Shown piece after piece: positions 9,043 to 18,125 of a stretch of DNA of 64,000 nucleotides (positions are counted from its first letter, which is position 1; every line of letters starts with the position of its first letter). The DNA comes from Vulcanimicrobiota bacterium (GTDB taxonomy: Bacteria; Vulcanimicrobiota; Vulcanimicrobiia; Vulcanimicrobiales; Vulcanimicrobiaceae), in NCBI GenBank assembly GCA_963714015.1, contig OY970223.1, positions 992,001 through 1,056,000 on the forward strand, in the 5' to 3' direction. Both the position numbers and the translations under genes were made by a program. The notes under the pieces were generated by a model. That model searched no databases. It was not told where the DNA came from and saw nothing but the letters and a program-made list of their open reading frames with translations.

Positions 9043-11169
9043 GTGATCGCAGTCTTGGCTTTGGCGTGGTTTCACAGCGCCGGGCTTCCGGCTTTTCGAT
9101 CGCGTACCGTGCACGTCGCTTGCACGGTACTCGACGTCGATCGTGCGCGAATGGACGGCAACGCCTATTACACCTGCGCGTCCGACAGCGGAACGGTACT
9201 GGACGTAGCTGGACGAGGACCGGCTCCGTTGGTCGGGCAGCACGTGCTCGTTCGCGGCCGCCTCGAGGCTTTTGACGCTCCGCGAAATCCGGGTGAGCCG
9301 GACGAACGGGAACTGCAGTCCGAACGCGGCGTCGACGCGCGATTGAGCAGCGCTCAGGTTTTGCAGACACTCGAGCCGGCGCCTGCCACGATGCAAATCG
9401 CACTCGCCGTTGCGCATGCGTGGGCATTCGATCGCTTCCGGTCTGCAATGGCCGAGCCGTATGCGTCGATTCTTTCCGGCGAGCTTTGGGGTCAGCGGAG
9501 CGCACTGTCACCCGAACTTCATGCCGAATTCCAGCAGACCGGAACGGTGCATATTCTGGTTACGGCCGGGCTGCATCTCGGCGTCGTGAGTATGGTCATT
9601 TTGTGGCTGCTTCGCGCCTGTAGGATTCCCCGCGCCGCCGCATGCGCAATTGCGCTGGCGGCCCTATGGTGTTATGCGATCTTCAGCGGACTGCATCTAC
9701 CTTCTCTGCGGGCCGCAACGATGATTTCGTTCGGTCTGGCGGCACACGGTTTGGGACGAAGAGCGATTTCGTGGCGCACGTATTTAGCTGCGATGATTTG
9801 CGTGGGATTGCTGCGGCCGGGCGCCATCGGCGGAGCATCGTTCCTGCTGTCGTTCTCGTGCGTGGGAGCGATCTTGCTGACGGCGGATGAGATACTCAAG
9901 GTGCTCGAGCACCTTGCGCTCCCGGAACGCGTCAAGGAGGCGCTGACCTTAACCATCGCAACGCAACTGGGAACCTGGCCGCTCACGGCGGCGATCTTCC
10001 TCTTGTTCTCACCGTACGCCGTCGTTGCGAACCTATGCGTCGTCCCGCTGGTCGGCTTCACAATGATCCTCGGCGGCGCACAGCTTTTGTTATCCCCGAT
10101 GCCCTTCGGCGCTTATGCCGTTGCCGCACTCAACAGCTGGCTGCTTGCGTGGATCGTCGCAATCGTTCAGGCGATCTCGTCGCTGCCGTTCGCGTCGATT
10201 GCCATGACGCCGCCGCAAGGCTGGACGATAGCGCTCTACGACGCACTGCTCGGCGTTGCAATCTTTTGCCACCGGCGTGCGGCATGGACTGGCGCCCTCG
10301 CCGCACTCTTTATCGGCGTTACGACGGTCCTTACACCGCCCGCGTTCGCGGATGGACGTTTGCGCATTACGGTTCTGGACACCGGACAAGCCGACGGGAT
10401 CGCCATCCGCACCCCCCGCGGCCATACGATCCTCGTAGACGCGGGCGGAAAATTGGAACGCGGAAACGCTGCGGAGTCATCGTCCGAACGAGCGGGCGAG
10501 ATGGTCCTCGTTCCATTTCTGCGGCGAAGCGGAGTTCGCCGGATCGACGCGCTTATTCTCTCGCACCCGCATGGCGACCACGTTGGGGCCGCGGCTCCGA
10601 TATTACGCGACGGATTCAGCGTCGGCGAACTGGCGGACAGCGGCCAGCAGTATGCGGGTTACGCGTGGCGGGACGCCGTCGCGACGGCTCGCGCGGATCG
10701 CGTGCCCATCGTATATCCGCGCGCGGGCATGGTTTGGCGCACTGACGACGGTGTTACGCTTACGTTCATCGGGCCATCGCTGCCGTTCATCGAAAGCGAC
10801 AACACTATCAACGACAACTCCATTGCATTCATCTTGCAGTACAAGCAGTTCCGCATGCTCTTCACCGGAGACGCCGGCGTTGCCGCAGAACAACGCTTCT
10901 TGAATGAAGGAATCGATTTGCACGCCGATATTTTGAAAGTGGGTCATCACGGATCTGCCTATAGTTCGTCACCGGAATTCATCGGCGCGGTGCATCCGAA
11001 GTACGCGATCATCTCCGTTGGCCGGCACAATATGTTCGGGCATCCGGCGCCATTGACGATCGAAACGCTACAGCGCTTTGGGGCACGCGTCTATCGTACC
11101 GATCGAGACGCCGCGGTATCCATCGTCTCCGATGGGACGAAAGTCGCGATTACCAGCATGCTACCGTAG
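9043..11169 (+). CDS. comEC: DNA internalization competence protein ComEC/Rec2
   Basis: GTVHILVTAGLH competence domain; SHPHGDH and KVGHHGS metallo-beta-lactamase domain. Confidence 0.93.
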   Translation: MIAVLALAWFHSAGLPAFRSRTVHVACTVLDVDRARMDGNAYYTCASDSGTVLDVAGRGPAPLVGQHVLVRGRLEAFDAPRNPGEPDERELQSERGVDARLSSAQVLQTLEPAPATMQIALAVAHAWAFDRFRSAMAEPYASILSGELWGQRSALSPELHAEFQQTGTVHILVTAGLHLGVVSMVILWLLRACRIPRAAACAIALAALWCYAIFSGLHLPSLRAATMISFGLAAHGLGRRAISWRTYLAAMICVGLLRPGAIGGASFLLSFSCVGAILLTADEILKVLEHLALPERVKEALTLTIATQLGTWPLTAAIFLLFSPYAVVANLCVVPLVGFTMILGGAQLLLSPMPFGAYAVAALNSWLLAWIVAIVQAISSLPFASIAMTPPQGWTIALYDALLGVAIFCHRRAAWTGALAALFIGVTTVLTPPAFADGRLRITVLDTGQADGIAIRTPRGHTILVDAGGKLERGNAAESSSERAGEMVLVPFLRRSGVRRIDALILSHPHGDHVGAAAPILRDGFSVGELADSGQQYAGYAWRDAVATARADRVPIVYPRAGMVWRTDDGVTLTFIGPSLPFIESDNTINDNSIAFILQYKQFRMLFTGDAGVAAEQRFLNEGIDLHADILKVGHHGSAYSSSPEFIGAVHPKYAIISVGRHNMFGHPAPLTIETLQRFGARVYRTDRDAAVSIVSDGTKVAITSMLP

Positions 11170-11371
11170 GCCGGCGCAAGCAAGGTACATCGCCGTCCAT
11201 GCTCGCGGTTCGTCACACGACATCGCGATAGGCGTCTGGGAACGCTCGGCGCTGGAGAGGGGCCCGATGCTTTGATACGGTACCTTTTCCAATAACCCAC
11301 GTATGCGTCCGAAGCCGCCAGGCTCTAAAGCCAGCCGTTCATTGAGTCGACGCATCGGGAATAAGGGGAGT

Positions 11372-11803
11372 GTGGGGACTAAACGACACCTTACGGTCGA
11401 CACCTGTCGAGCGCATCACGCCGGCATACGCCGGTTGCTCGACGACGTGCGTTTGGCCGAACCGCTAAATGAAGCTTCCATTACAGATCTGCTGGAACGA
11501 TTGGAGCATCTTGTCGCCAGCCATCTTGAACTGGAGGAGTGCGTGTTATACCCCGCACTAGAGAAAAGCGCCTCGGCGCTCTTGCAGCGCAAGGCGGCGC
11601 GCTACCGTACGCACATGCTTCCCATCGGCGAGAAGTTCATCGAAATATGCCGCTTATGGAAAGAAGCGGGCGCGATCTCCGCTGACCCGACGCGCTTCAT
11701 CGACGAGTGGCGCGCATCTTCGCAGACGCTGCGTATGCGGATGGAGTCCGAAGACGAAGATCTCTACGTACTTGCCGAAGCATTGGAGAAGCACGCCGGA
11801 TAA
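11372..11803 (+). CDS. Hemerythrin-like (HHE) domain protein
   Basis: H...HLELEECVLYPAL and RMESEDEDLY motifs; GTG start after AAGGGGAG. Confidence 0.75.
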   Translation: MGTKRHLTVDTCRAHHAGIRRLLDDVRLAEPLNEASITDLLERLEHLVASHLELEECVLYPALEKSASALLQRKAARYRTHMLPIGEKFIEICRLWKEAGAISADPTRFIDEWRASSQTLRMRMESEDEDLYVLAEALEKHAG

Positions 11804-12063
11804 CTAGCGCGTCTCCGATTATGCCGAAGAGAAAGTTCCATGAAGAGGGCGCGGGCAACCGCAGCGATCGTCAAGCGTGTCACCGTCCGACGGACAAGTG
11901 GTCCGATCATCCACTAAGGGATCGTGACGTTTGCAAACGTGTAGCTGGGCTTTCCTGCTTCTGGCGGCACCTTGGTCTGCAAGGCGGCCGAACGGCACAA
12001 TATTGCGAGCAACTCTTCGCCGGGTCATTGGCAATGCTGTGTCCGCGTTGTTCGGATGTATCG

Positions 12064-12597
12064 TTACGGATCGTTCATCCAAGGCCCTGGAGTTGGTCCA
12101 TTGGGTGCTGAGTCGAGTCCTCCACCACTCCCGGGCGAATAGTATTGATTGTTTGCTGGAAGATTCATGACCCAATAGCCGGCGACAAAATCTATGCATG
12201 GCCCTTGCGTGGCATCAAAAACAATGAACCCCTCCCGTGGCAAGAACGTAAAGCGCAGCGTATTCGATTTTACGTAACGCCCAATTCGACGGAGCATTGA
12301 AAACTGATTGGTTGTCAATTTCGGGACCCCCGGTTTCCCGACATCCGCCACGTTGTAGCTGGCCGGTCCAATTGTGAGGGGTGACGCGTCGCTGTGACAA
12401 CCAATTCCATACCGGCCAACTGGAACAGACGTCGGAATTGGCCATGGCGGCGCCCGCCATGTCCAAGTCGGTTGCTTTTTCGTCGCGCACGAAGTGATCA
12501 TCGACGCGACCACGCAGAGAATCGCAAGCGGCTTTCGTATCGGTCGCTTAATAACAGCACTAGTCTGTTCGCATAGTTCACCACCTGTCTCGTCCAA
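12064..12597 (-). CDS. Hypothetical lipoprotein
   Basis: Hydrophobic stretch with lipobox-like ITSC; start uncertain. Confidence 0.55.
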   Translation of the reverse strand: MDETGGELCEQTSAVIKRPIRKPLAILCVVASMITSCATKKQPTWTWRAPPWPIPTSVPVGRYGIGCHSDASPLTIGPASYNVADVGKPGVPKLTTNQFSMLRRIGRYVKSNTLRFTFLPREGFIVFDATQGPCIDFVAGYWVMNLPANNQYYSPGSGGGLDSAPNGPTPGPWMNDP

Positions 12598-12689
12598 CGA
12601 TTATACGGCGCCAGTCGCGGCTCGTCCCAGGCTCCTTCACGAGCGAGAAGCGCAGCTGATCCGCCCTGGTAGGGGGTTCGGTCTAGACA

Positions 12690-13060
12690 TCACGCGGCTT
12701 GACTCATCCGATGCCGGAATTGCCGTTCGAATCCCAGCGGCGAGATATTGCCGGCCGACGTATGCCGCCGGCGCGGATTGTACCAGCCCTCGTCGCCACG
12801 ACGTCGGCTTGCAGGCGCTGCGATGGGCGCGATTGAGCCACGCGTAATAGCCGCTCGTGGAAGCAGCGAGCGGTATGCAAAGCGTTGGCAACGATATGTT
12901 CTGTGTGGTACGATTTCACGAATTCGAATGCTTGTCGGGATCGAATTGGTCTCCCGAACGAACAAGGCCGCGGCTTTGACAAAATTCCGTTCGCGATCGT
13001 CAAACGCTTACAATCACGGCGCAAACGCGAAAGCTCAGGCGGTCGTGGCTCATTAGGCCG
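12690..13060 (-). mobile_element. Degenerate, internally deleted IS3-family transposase remnant
   Basis: OrfA end ELSRLRRDCKRL..ILSK/AAALF; OrfB start FEFV...LC....STSGYYAW; OrfB end WYNPRRRHTSAGNISPLGFE; spread over several frames with the DDE core missing. Confidence 0.75.
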
Positions 13061-13321
13061 TCTTTTCAAACACCAGTATCGAGATCGAATTGTTTGACCG
13101 AGTAGCCGATAGGTTTGGCGTGCAAGGCCGAATTCCTGAGCGTGGCTAGGTAGAGCAGGAATGTTTTGCGATTGGATGGGCCGTTCTCGGATCTGAAATA
13201 GAGACAAACGCAAAATGCGGATCCGAATTGCCCTCTCGTTCAAGCGGATAGCAGTATGTGTGCTACGCACGTCGCGACGTGGTTGCGTCGCTGCTCAAGA
13301 CATTGCTCGGCCGCGTCGATA

Positions 13322-14218
13322 TTATCGCCGGTGTGCCGCCGCCATCTTCTCCAACGTCCGACGCAGCGACGTGACCGATTCGTCGCCGAATCGAGCGCGC
13401 CACGCCGATTCGACTGCTCGTATTCGTTCCTCGTACGCTTCGCTAACGGAAGCGCCTTTTGCCGTCAGAAACACGGTCTTGCTGCCACCGTTGCCGCTCA
13501 CGCGCAAGAAGCCATGGCGAATGAGCGTCGCAACGCCAACGCGATCGTCGAGTTCATGCATTGACAGCCCCTGGACGGGGATACCCTTAATCACGCCTGT
13601 ACTGAGCGAGAGCGCAACCGGTGATTCCTTTTCATAGTCGGTCGCAAAAGCAACCAACGCTTGCGAAAGCAACGCCCACAACGGGAGATTCGAGACGGTA
13701 TCTCCGCCCTCGCGGGGCACCGCTTTCCAGTCTGTGCCGTTTCCGCCGGTGATGCTTGCATCCACAGCGCCGTAGGCGGCCGGGTAATGGGGATGCTCGA
13801 GTGAAAATAATCTAACGATCGCTTCCATCGAAGAACGCAACCGGGACACGTACTCGACCCCAACCTTTTCTAGCCACCGGTTTTCGGCGGCCTTCTGCAG
13901 CGACTTCCATCGCGCTGCGACTTCGCAGCCCCGGGGTGTTAGCCGCACCGTTGCGTCGCCTCGTCCGCGACTCAGCGGCTCGATCCATCCGTTTCTGGTT
14001 GCTGCCGTTATTCGGAATCTCACAGCGCGTTTGGAGAGGCAAACCAGCGCGGGCAGCTCGGAAAGGCTGGTCCCCTTCTCGTCGACGCCACGCAGAAGAT
14101 TTGCCCAAAGGTCAAGTGACGGCATATGCGGTTTGCCGGCACCTTCAGCAGCATAGACTTGTTCCAACGACTTAAGGACAAGCCAAAGAAGTGATGGTAG
14201 CGACGCAAATGCGGCCAT
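13322..14218 (-). CDS. Hypothetical protein with two MarR-like winged-helix modules
   Basis: Repeated modules L..LLSQAL / VRLTPRG...W and VFLTAKG...W. Confidence 0.6.
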   Translation of the reverse strand: MAAFASLPSLLWLVLKSLEQVYAAEGAGKPHMPSLDLWANLLRGVDEKGTSLSELPALVCLSKRAVRFRITAATRNGWIEPLSRGRGDATVRLTPRGCEVAARWKSLQKAAENRWLEKVGVEYVSRLRSSMEAIVRLFSLEHPHYPAAYGAVDASITGGNGTDWKAVPREGGDTVSNLPLWALLSQALVAFATDYEKESPVALSLSTGVIKGIPVQGLSMHELDDRVGVATLIRHGFLRVSGNGGSKTVFLTAKGASVSEAYEERIRAVESAWRARFGDESVTSLRRTLEKMAAAHRR

Positions 14219-14296
14219 GGCATCCCCTTAATTCGTTACCGTGAAGACGCCTTCAAGACAGTTGCGCACGGATGGTCAATCGTGAACCGCAAATTC

Positions 14297-15739
14297 TTAG
14301 TAGGTTACAGTCTCCACGACTGCAGCCCCCGCAACCAGTCCGTTGTCGTCACGGCTGTACGCGTAGAGAAGCACCTTTTTCGGCGTCTTTACCATGAATA
14401 GGTATGCGGTCGTGGGCGGCCGGCGATCCGTTGAAACCAAGGTGTACGCTCGATCGCCGAGAGCGGCGAGCGCCTGCAACGCTTCGCGATGTGCCGGGAT
14501 CATATGCGCGCGAAAGTCGGGCCGCAGTTGCGCCATGTCGATGCGTCCTGCAACTGCGTCGTCGAGCCAGTGCTCAGCTGCCGCGACCATAGCCGGATTT
14601 GCTTGCGGGGGCGCGGGCTTGCCGGGGGTCGCGCCGGGATGCGGCGTCGGCTTGACCGCCGCCGAGGGAACCAGGGCGCGATACACCGCCGAAACGGCAG
14701 TGTTGTAGTTGAACGTTCCGCTATTTGCCAAGACGACGATGCCCAGATGGTCGTCCGGAAAACGGGCATCTTGCGTCGCGGCGCCGTAGGTATTGCCGCC
14801 GTGCGAGATCATGCGGTGTCCGTTCGGTAAGCGCGAGAGTTCGATTCCGAATCCGTAATCGGGAAACGGATCGTTTTTACCGATGCGGTGCGGCGTCATC
14901 ATCTCGGTCAAGGAGCGCTGGGAGAGCAGTTTGCCGCCGGAGAGTGCGGCATTCCACTTTGCGAGGTCTTGCGCGTTGCTCACGACGGCGCCGGCACCGC
15001 CGAACCAAGTGTACTCCAGATGCTCGGCGTGCTCCCACGGACCGAGCGCGAACGAATCGTACTCGGTCGCGACGTTGGGCCGGGTGTCATCGTAGTCGCG
15101 TACGAACGTCGAAGTCATGCCGAGCGGCCTAAAGATCCGCTGCTCGAGGAAATCGCGGTAACTCATTCCGGAGACTCGCTCGATGACCATAGCCAGCAGA
15201 TCGTATCCGGTATTGGAATACTCCCGATTGGTACCGGGCGTGAATGCCAGCGGCCGGCGATCGACCGTGTTGACGATCCCTGCCAGCGTCGTGGGGCGAT
15301 TGCCGATCTCATCGAACGTCCCAATCTCGGTATACTCGGCATATCCGCCGGAATGGGTCAGCAAATTACGCAGCGTGACCTGGTTCGCGTGCGGAATCTC
15401 CGGCAAGTACTTGGAAAGGCGATCGTCGACGTTGAGTTTGCCCGCGTCCTGCAGCATCAATATCGCGGTCGCGGTAAATTGCTTCGTATTCGAACCGATC
15501 GGGTAACTCGTGTCCCCCCGGGCGGGCACCGCGTCCTCGACGTTCATATAGCCATAGCCCTTTGCATAGACCACGAGGCCGCCGCGCAGGATCGCGATTG
15601 TAACGCCCGGCGTCGCTCGCCCCGCCACCGAACGTGCTCCGATGGCGTCGATCGCCGCAATTTGTTTGGGCGTGAGCGATTGAGGCGCAGCGCCGAGAAC
15701 GCCCAGCAATGCCGCTGCAGCGGCGATCTGTCGAATCAT
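14297..15739 (-). CDS. Secreted serine hydrolase (beta-lactamase/D-peptidase family)
   Basis: Signal peptide; SNTK (SxxK), LLTHSGG, YSN, HGG. Confidence 0.9.
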   Translation of the reverse strand: MIRQIAAAAALLGVLGAAPQSLTPKQIAAIDAIGARSVAGRATPGVTIAILRGGLVVYAKGYGYMNVEDAVPARGDTSYPIGSNTKQFTATAILMLQDAGKLNVDDRLSKYLPEIPHANQVTLRNLLTHSGGYAEYTEIGTFDEIGNRPTTLAGIVNTVDRRPLAFTPGTNREYSNTGYDLLAMVIERVSGMSYRDFLEQRIFRPLGMTSTFVRDYDDTRPNVATEYDSFALGPWEHAEHLEYTWFGGAGAVVSNAQDLAKWNAALSGGKLLSQRSLTEMMTPHRIGKNDPFPDYGFGIELSRLPNGHRMISHGGNTYGAATQDARFPDDHLGIVVLANSGTFNYNTAVSAVYRALVPSAAVKPTPHPGATPGKPAPPQANPAMVAAAEHWLDDAVAGRIDMAQLRPDFRAHMIPAHREALQALAALGDRAYTLVSTDRRPPTTAYLFMVKTPKKVLLYAYSRDDNGLVAGAAVVETVTY

Positions 15740-15817
15740 GCGGCTAACTACGCTGCGGCCGCGATATTTTCCCGCGGGCAGCAGTATTTTGTCGCTGGTC
15801 TTTCCAAAGGACGATAA

Positions 15818-17410
15818 ATGGACAAGACGGTCTATGCGGGCGCAACGGTGGTGGACGGGACGGGCCGACCGGCGGGCGCGTACGACGTGTTCGTTGCCGG
15901 TGAGCGGATCGAAGACGTCCGTCCGCACGCCGATACGCACGGCGGCCGGCACACCATCGATGCGACGGGCCTCGTAATCGCGCCGGGCTTTATCGACGTC
16001 CACTCGCATGGGGACAACGCGCCGCTGCTGCCGGATGACGACACGATGAAGATACTGCAAGGGGTGACGACCGAAGTTGTCGGCAACTGCGGTATAAGCC
16101 TTGCACCTACGTCGGCACGGCACCGCGCGGCATTGATGGCCTCGATCGACGAGGCGATGCCCGTATCCGAAGATATCGGTTCGCGTTTCGCCGATTTACT
16201 GCGTGCAACCGATGCGCGGGGGTACGTCACCAATTACGTGCCGCTCGTCGGGCACGGCACGATTCGTTTGGCGGCAATGGGTATGGAGCGGCGCGCCCCG
16301 ACGGCACGCGAACGAGCCTCGATGCGCGCATTTTTGGAAGAAGCAATCGACGCGGGAGCGTTCGGCCTGTCCACCGGGCTCATTTACCCGCCGGGCGTTT
16401 TTTCCGAATTGGACGAGATCGTAGATTTGGCAAAACGTTTGCCGCCCGGTACGATCTACGCGTCGCACATCCGCGGTGAAGGCGATTCTTTGCTGGATGC
16501 CGTCGCGGAGGCTCTGGCGATTGGGGAGCAGGCGAACGTTCCCGTACAGCTATCGCACCACAAAGCCACGGGCAAGAAAAACTGGGGGAGAACGCGTGAG
16601 TCTCTCGAGCTGATTCGGCAAGCACGCGCACGCGGCGTCGTAGTATATCAAGACGTCTATCCCTACACCGCCGGCAGCACGTATCTGAAAGCAGTTCTGC
16701 CGCCCGAATTTCACGAAGGCGGAAATGAGGCGACGCTCGACCGGCTCCGCAATCCGGAACACCTGCATGCACTGCGAACGATACTCGAGAGCGATACGCC
16801 GCACTTTCAAAACTTCGTTGCGGAGGCGGGGTACGACGGAATACTAATCGCTTTTACGCCAAGCCATGGGTTTGAAGGACTTACGATTGCCGAAATAGCG
16901 GTGCAATTGGAATGTTCGCCATTCGACGCCCTTATCCACGTCCTGGTGACCGAGAAGCTCGCGCCGATGATGACGATATTCTTGATGAATGAAGATGATA
17001 TTGCCCGCGTCATGCGCGACGAACACACCGTCATCGGTTCGGACGGCGCCGCGCCGGGTAAGCAAGGGCGCCACCATCCAAGATCGTACGGAACATTTCC
17101 GCGCGTTATCGCTCAACACGTCCGCGAACTGCGAACGCTTACATTGGAATCGGCCGTGCACAAGATGACCGAGCTCCCGGCGCGCATTTTCAACATCAAC
17201 GATCGGGGCACAATAGCCCCGGGCAAATTCGCCGATCTGGTTGCATTCGATCCACAAACGTTTTCCGACGACCTGGACTACCGCGATCCCGTGCGTGATC
17301 CGAAAGGCTTGGCGTGGGTGACGCTGCGCGGCATCCAAGTCGTGAGGGGCACGACGTATCTTGGCCGGCGCTGCGGAGCGCGGCTGCAACGCTCGAGCAG
17401 CGGCGTTTAG
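15818..17410 (+). CDS. N-acyl-D-amino-acid deacylase
   Basis: PGFIDVHSHGD, GVTTEVVGNCG, DVYPYTAGST, HPRSYGTFPR. Confidence 0.92.
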   Translation: MDKTVYAGATVVDGTGRPAGAYDVFVAGERIEDVRPHADTHGGRHTIDATGLVIAPGFIDVHSHGDNAPLLPDDDTMKILQGVTTEVVGNCGISLAPTSARHRAALMASIDEAMPVSEDIGSRFADLLRATDARGYVTNYVPLVGHGTIRLAAMGMERRAPTARERASMRAFLEEAIDAGAFGLSTGLIYPPGVFSELDEIVDLAKRLPPGTIYASHIRGEGDSLLDAVAEALAIGEQANVPVQLSHHKATGKKNWGRTRESLELIRQARARGVVVYQDVYPYTAGSTYLKAVLPPEFHEGGNEATLDRLRNPEHLHALRTILESDTPHFQNFVAEAGYDGILIAFTPSHGFEGLTIAEIAVQLECSPFDALIHVLVTEKLAPMMTIFLMNEDDIARVMRDEHTVIGSDGAAPGKQGRHHPRSYGTFPRVIAQHVRELRTLTLESAVHKMTELPARIFNINDRGTIAPGKFADLVAFDPQTFSDDLDYRDPVRDPKGLAWVTLRGIQVVRGTTYLGRRCGARLQRSSSGV

Positions 17411-17441
17411 GCGCGGATTAGCGCCGCCGTCGGGAGCGATT

Positions 17442-17900
17442 TTGTTGCGGCCGGCGGCGCTTTCCGATGTGGACGTCATCTGTTTGCAGCGCAAACTGAT
17501 ATTTCAGGAATCGGGGATCGAACCGGCGGTTCTGGACGAGATGAATGGGAACTTTCGTGAATGGCTGAAGCGCAAGCTGGCCCGCGGCGAATACTTCGGT
17601 TTTCTAGCAGTCGATTCGAGCGGTCCGGCCGGCGGCATCGGTTTTGTCGTTTTGGACTGGCCGCCGCATTGGAGGCACCCTAAGGGAAGCAAACGAGGAT
17701 ATATTCTGAACTTGTTCGTCCAACCGGCGTACCGCAGGCGGGGAATCGCCGGCGAACTGATGCGCTGTGCACAGACCGAGTTGCGCAGGCGCGGCGTTAC
17801 GTACGCCGTTCTGCACGCCACGGCTCAAGGCCGTCCATTGTACGAACGGATGGGCTGGAAGGCGACCAGCGAGATGGCGAAAAGCTGGCCTTCATCGTAG
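17442..17900 (+). CDS. GNAT N-acetyltransferase
   Basis: VQPAYRRRGIA, LHAT..GRPLYERMGW; start placed at TTG after GGGAG. Confidence 0.85.
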   Translation: MLRPAALSDVDVICLQRKLIFQESGIEPAVLDEMNGNFREWLKRKLARGEYFGFLAVDSSGPAGGIGFVVLDWPPHWRHPKGSKRGYILNLFVQPAYRRRGIAGELMRCAQTELRRRGVTYAVLHATAQGRPLYERMGWKATSEMAKSWPSS

Positions 17901-18086
17901 CGGCATCCCGGAACGCAAAGTGCGCTTTGGGTCAAGAGTGGGAAACATCGGGCTATGGATGACCGCAAGAGAGAACAGCAAGCCGGCGATGAGAAGACCG
18001 CTCAGGAGCGCCTTAAAGACGATCGCGGGCAGGAGCGAGGTGCCGATATGGCGCCGCATCAGAATCGTCGTCCGAGCGAACAGCAT
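17892..18086 (-). CDS. Small hydrophobic hypothetical protein
   Basis: One or two hydrophobic segments directly after leuS; boundaries uncertain. Confidence 0.3.
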   Translation of the reverse strand: MLFARTTILMRRHIGTSLLPAIVFKALLSGLLIAGLLFSLAVIHSPMFPTLDPKRTLRSGMPLR

Positions 18087-18125
18087 CGCGGCGGACCGCT
18101 TCCCAATCAGAAAAAATAGTTTGCG

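Noticed and set aside
14250..14285. LRTDGQS* as a displaced original comEC 3' end
   Set aside because: Only a few residues of resemblance and no nucleotide direct repeat
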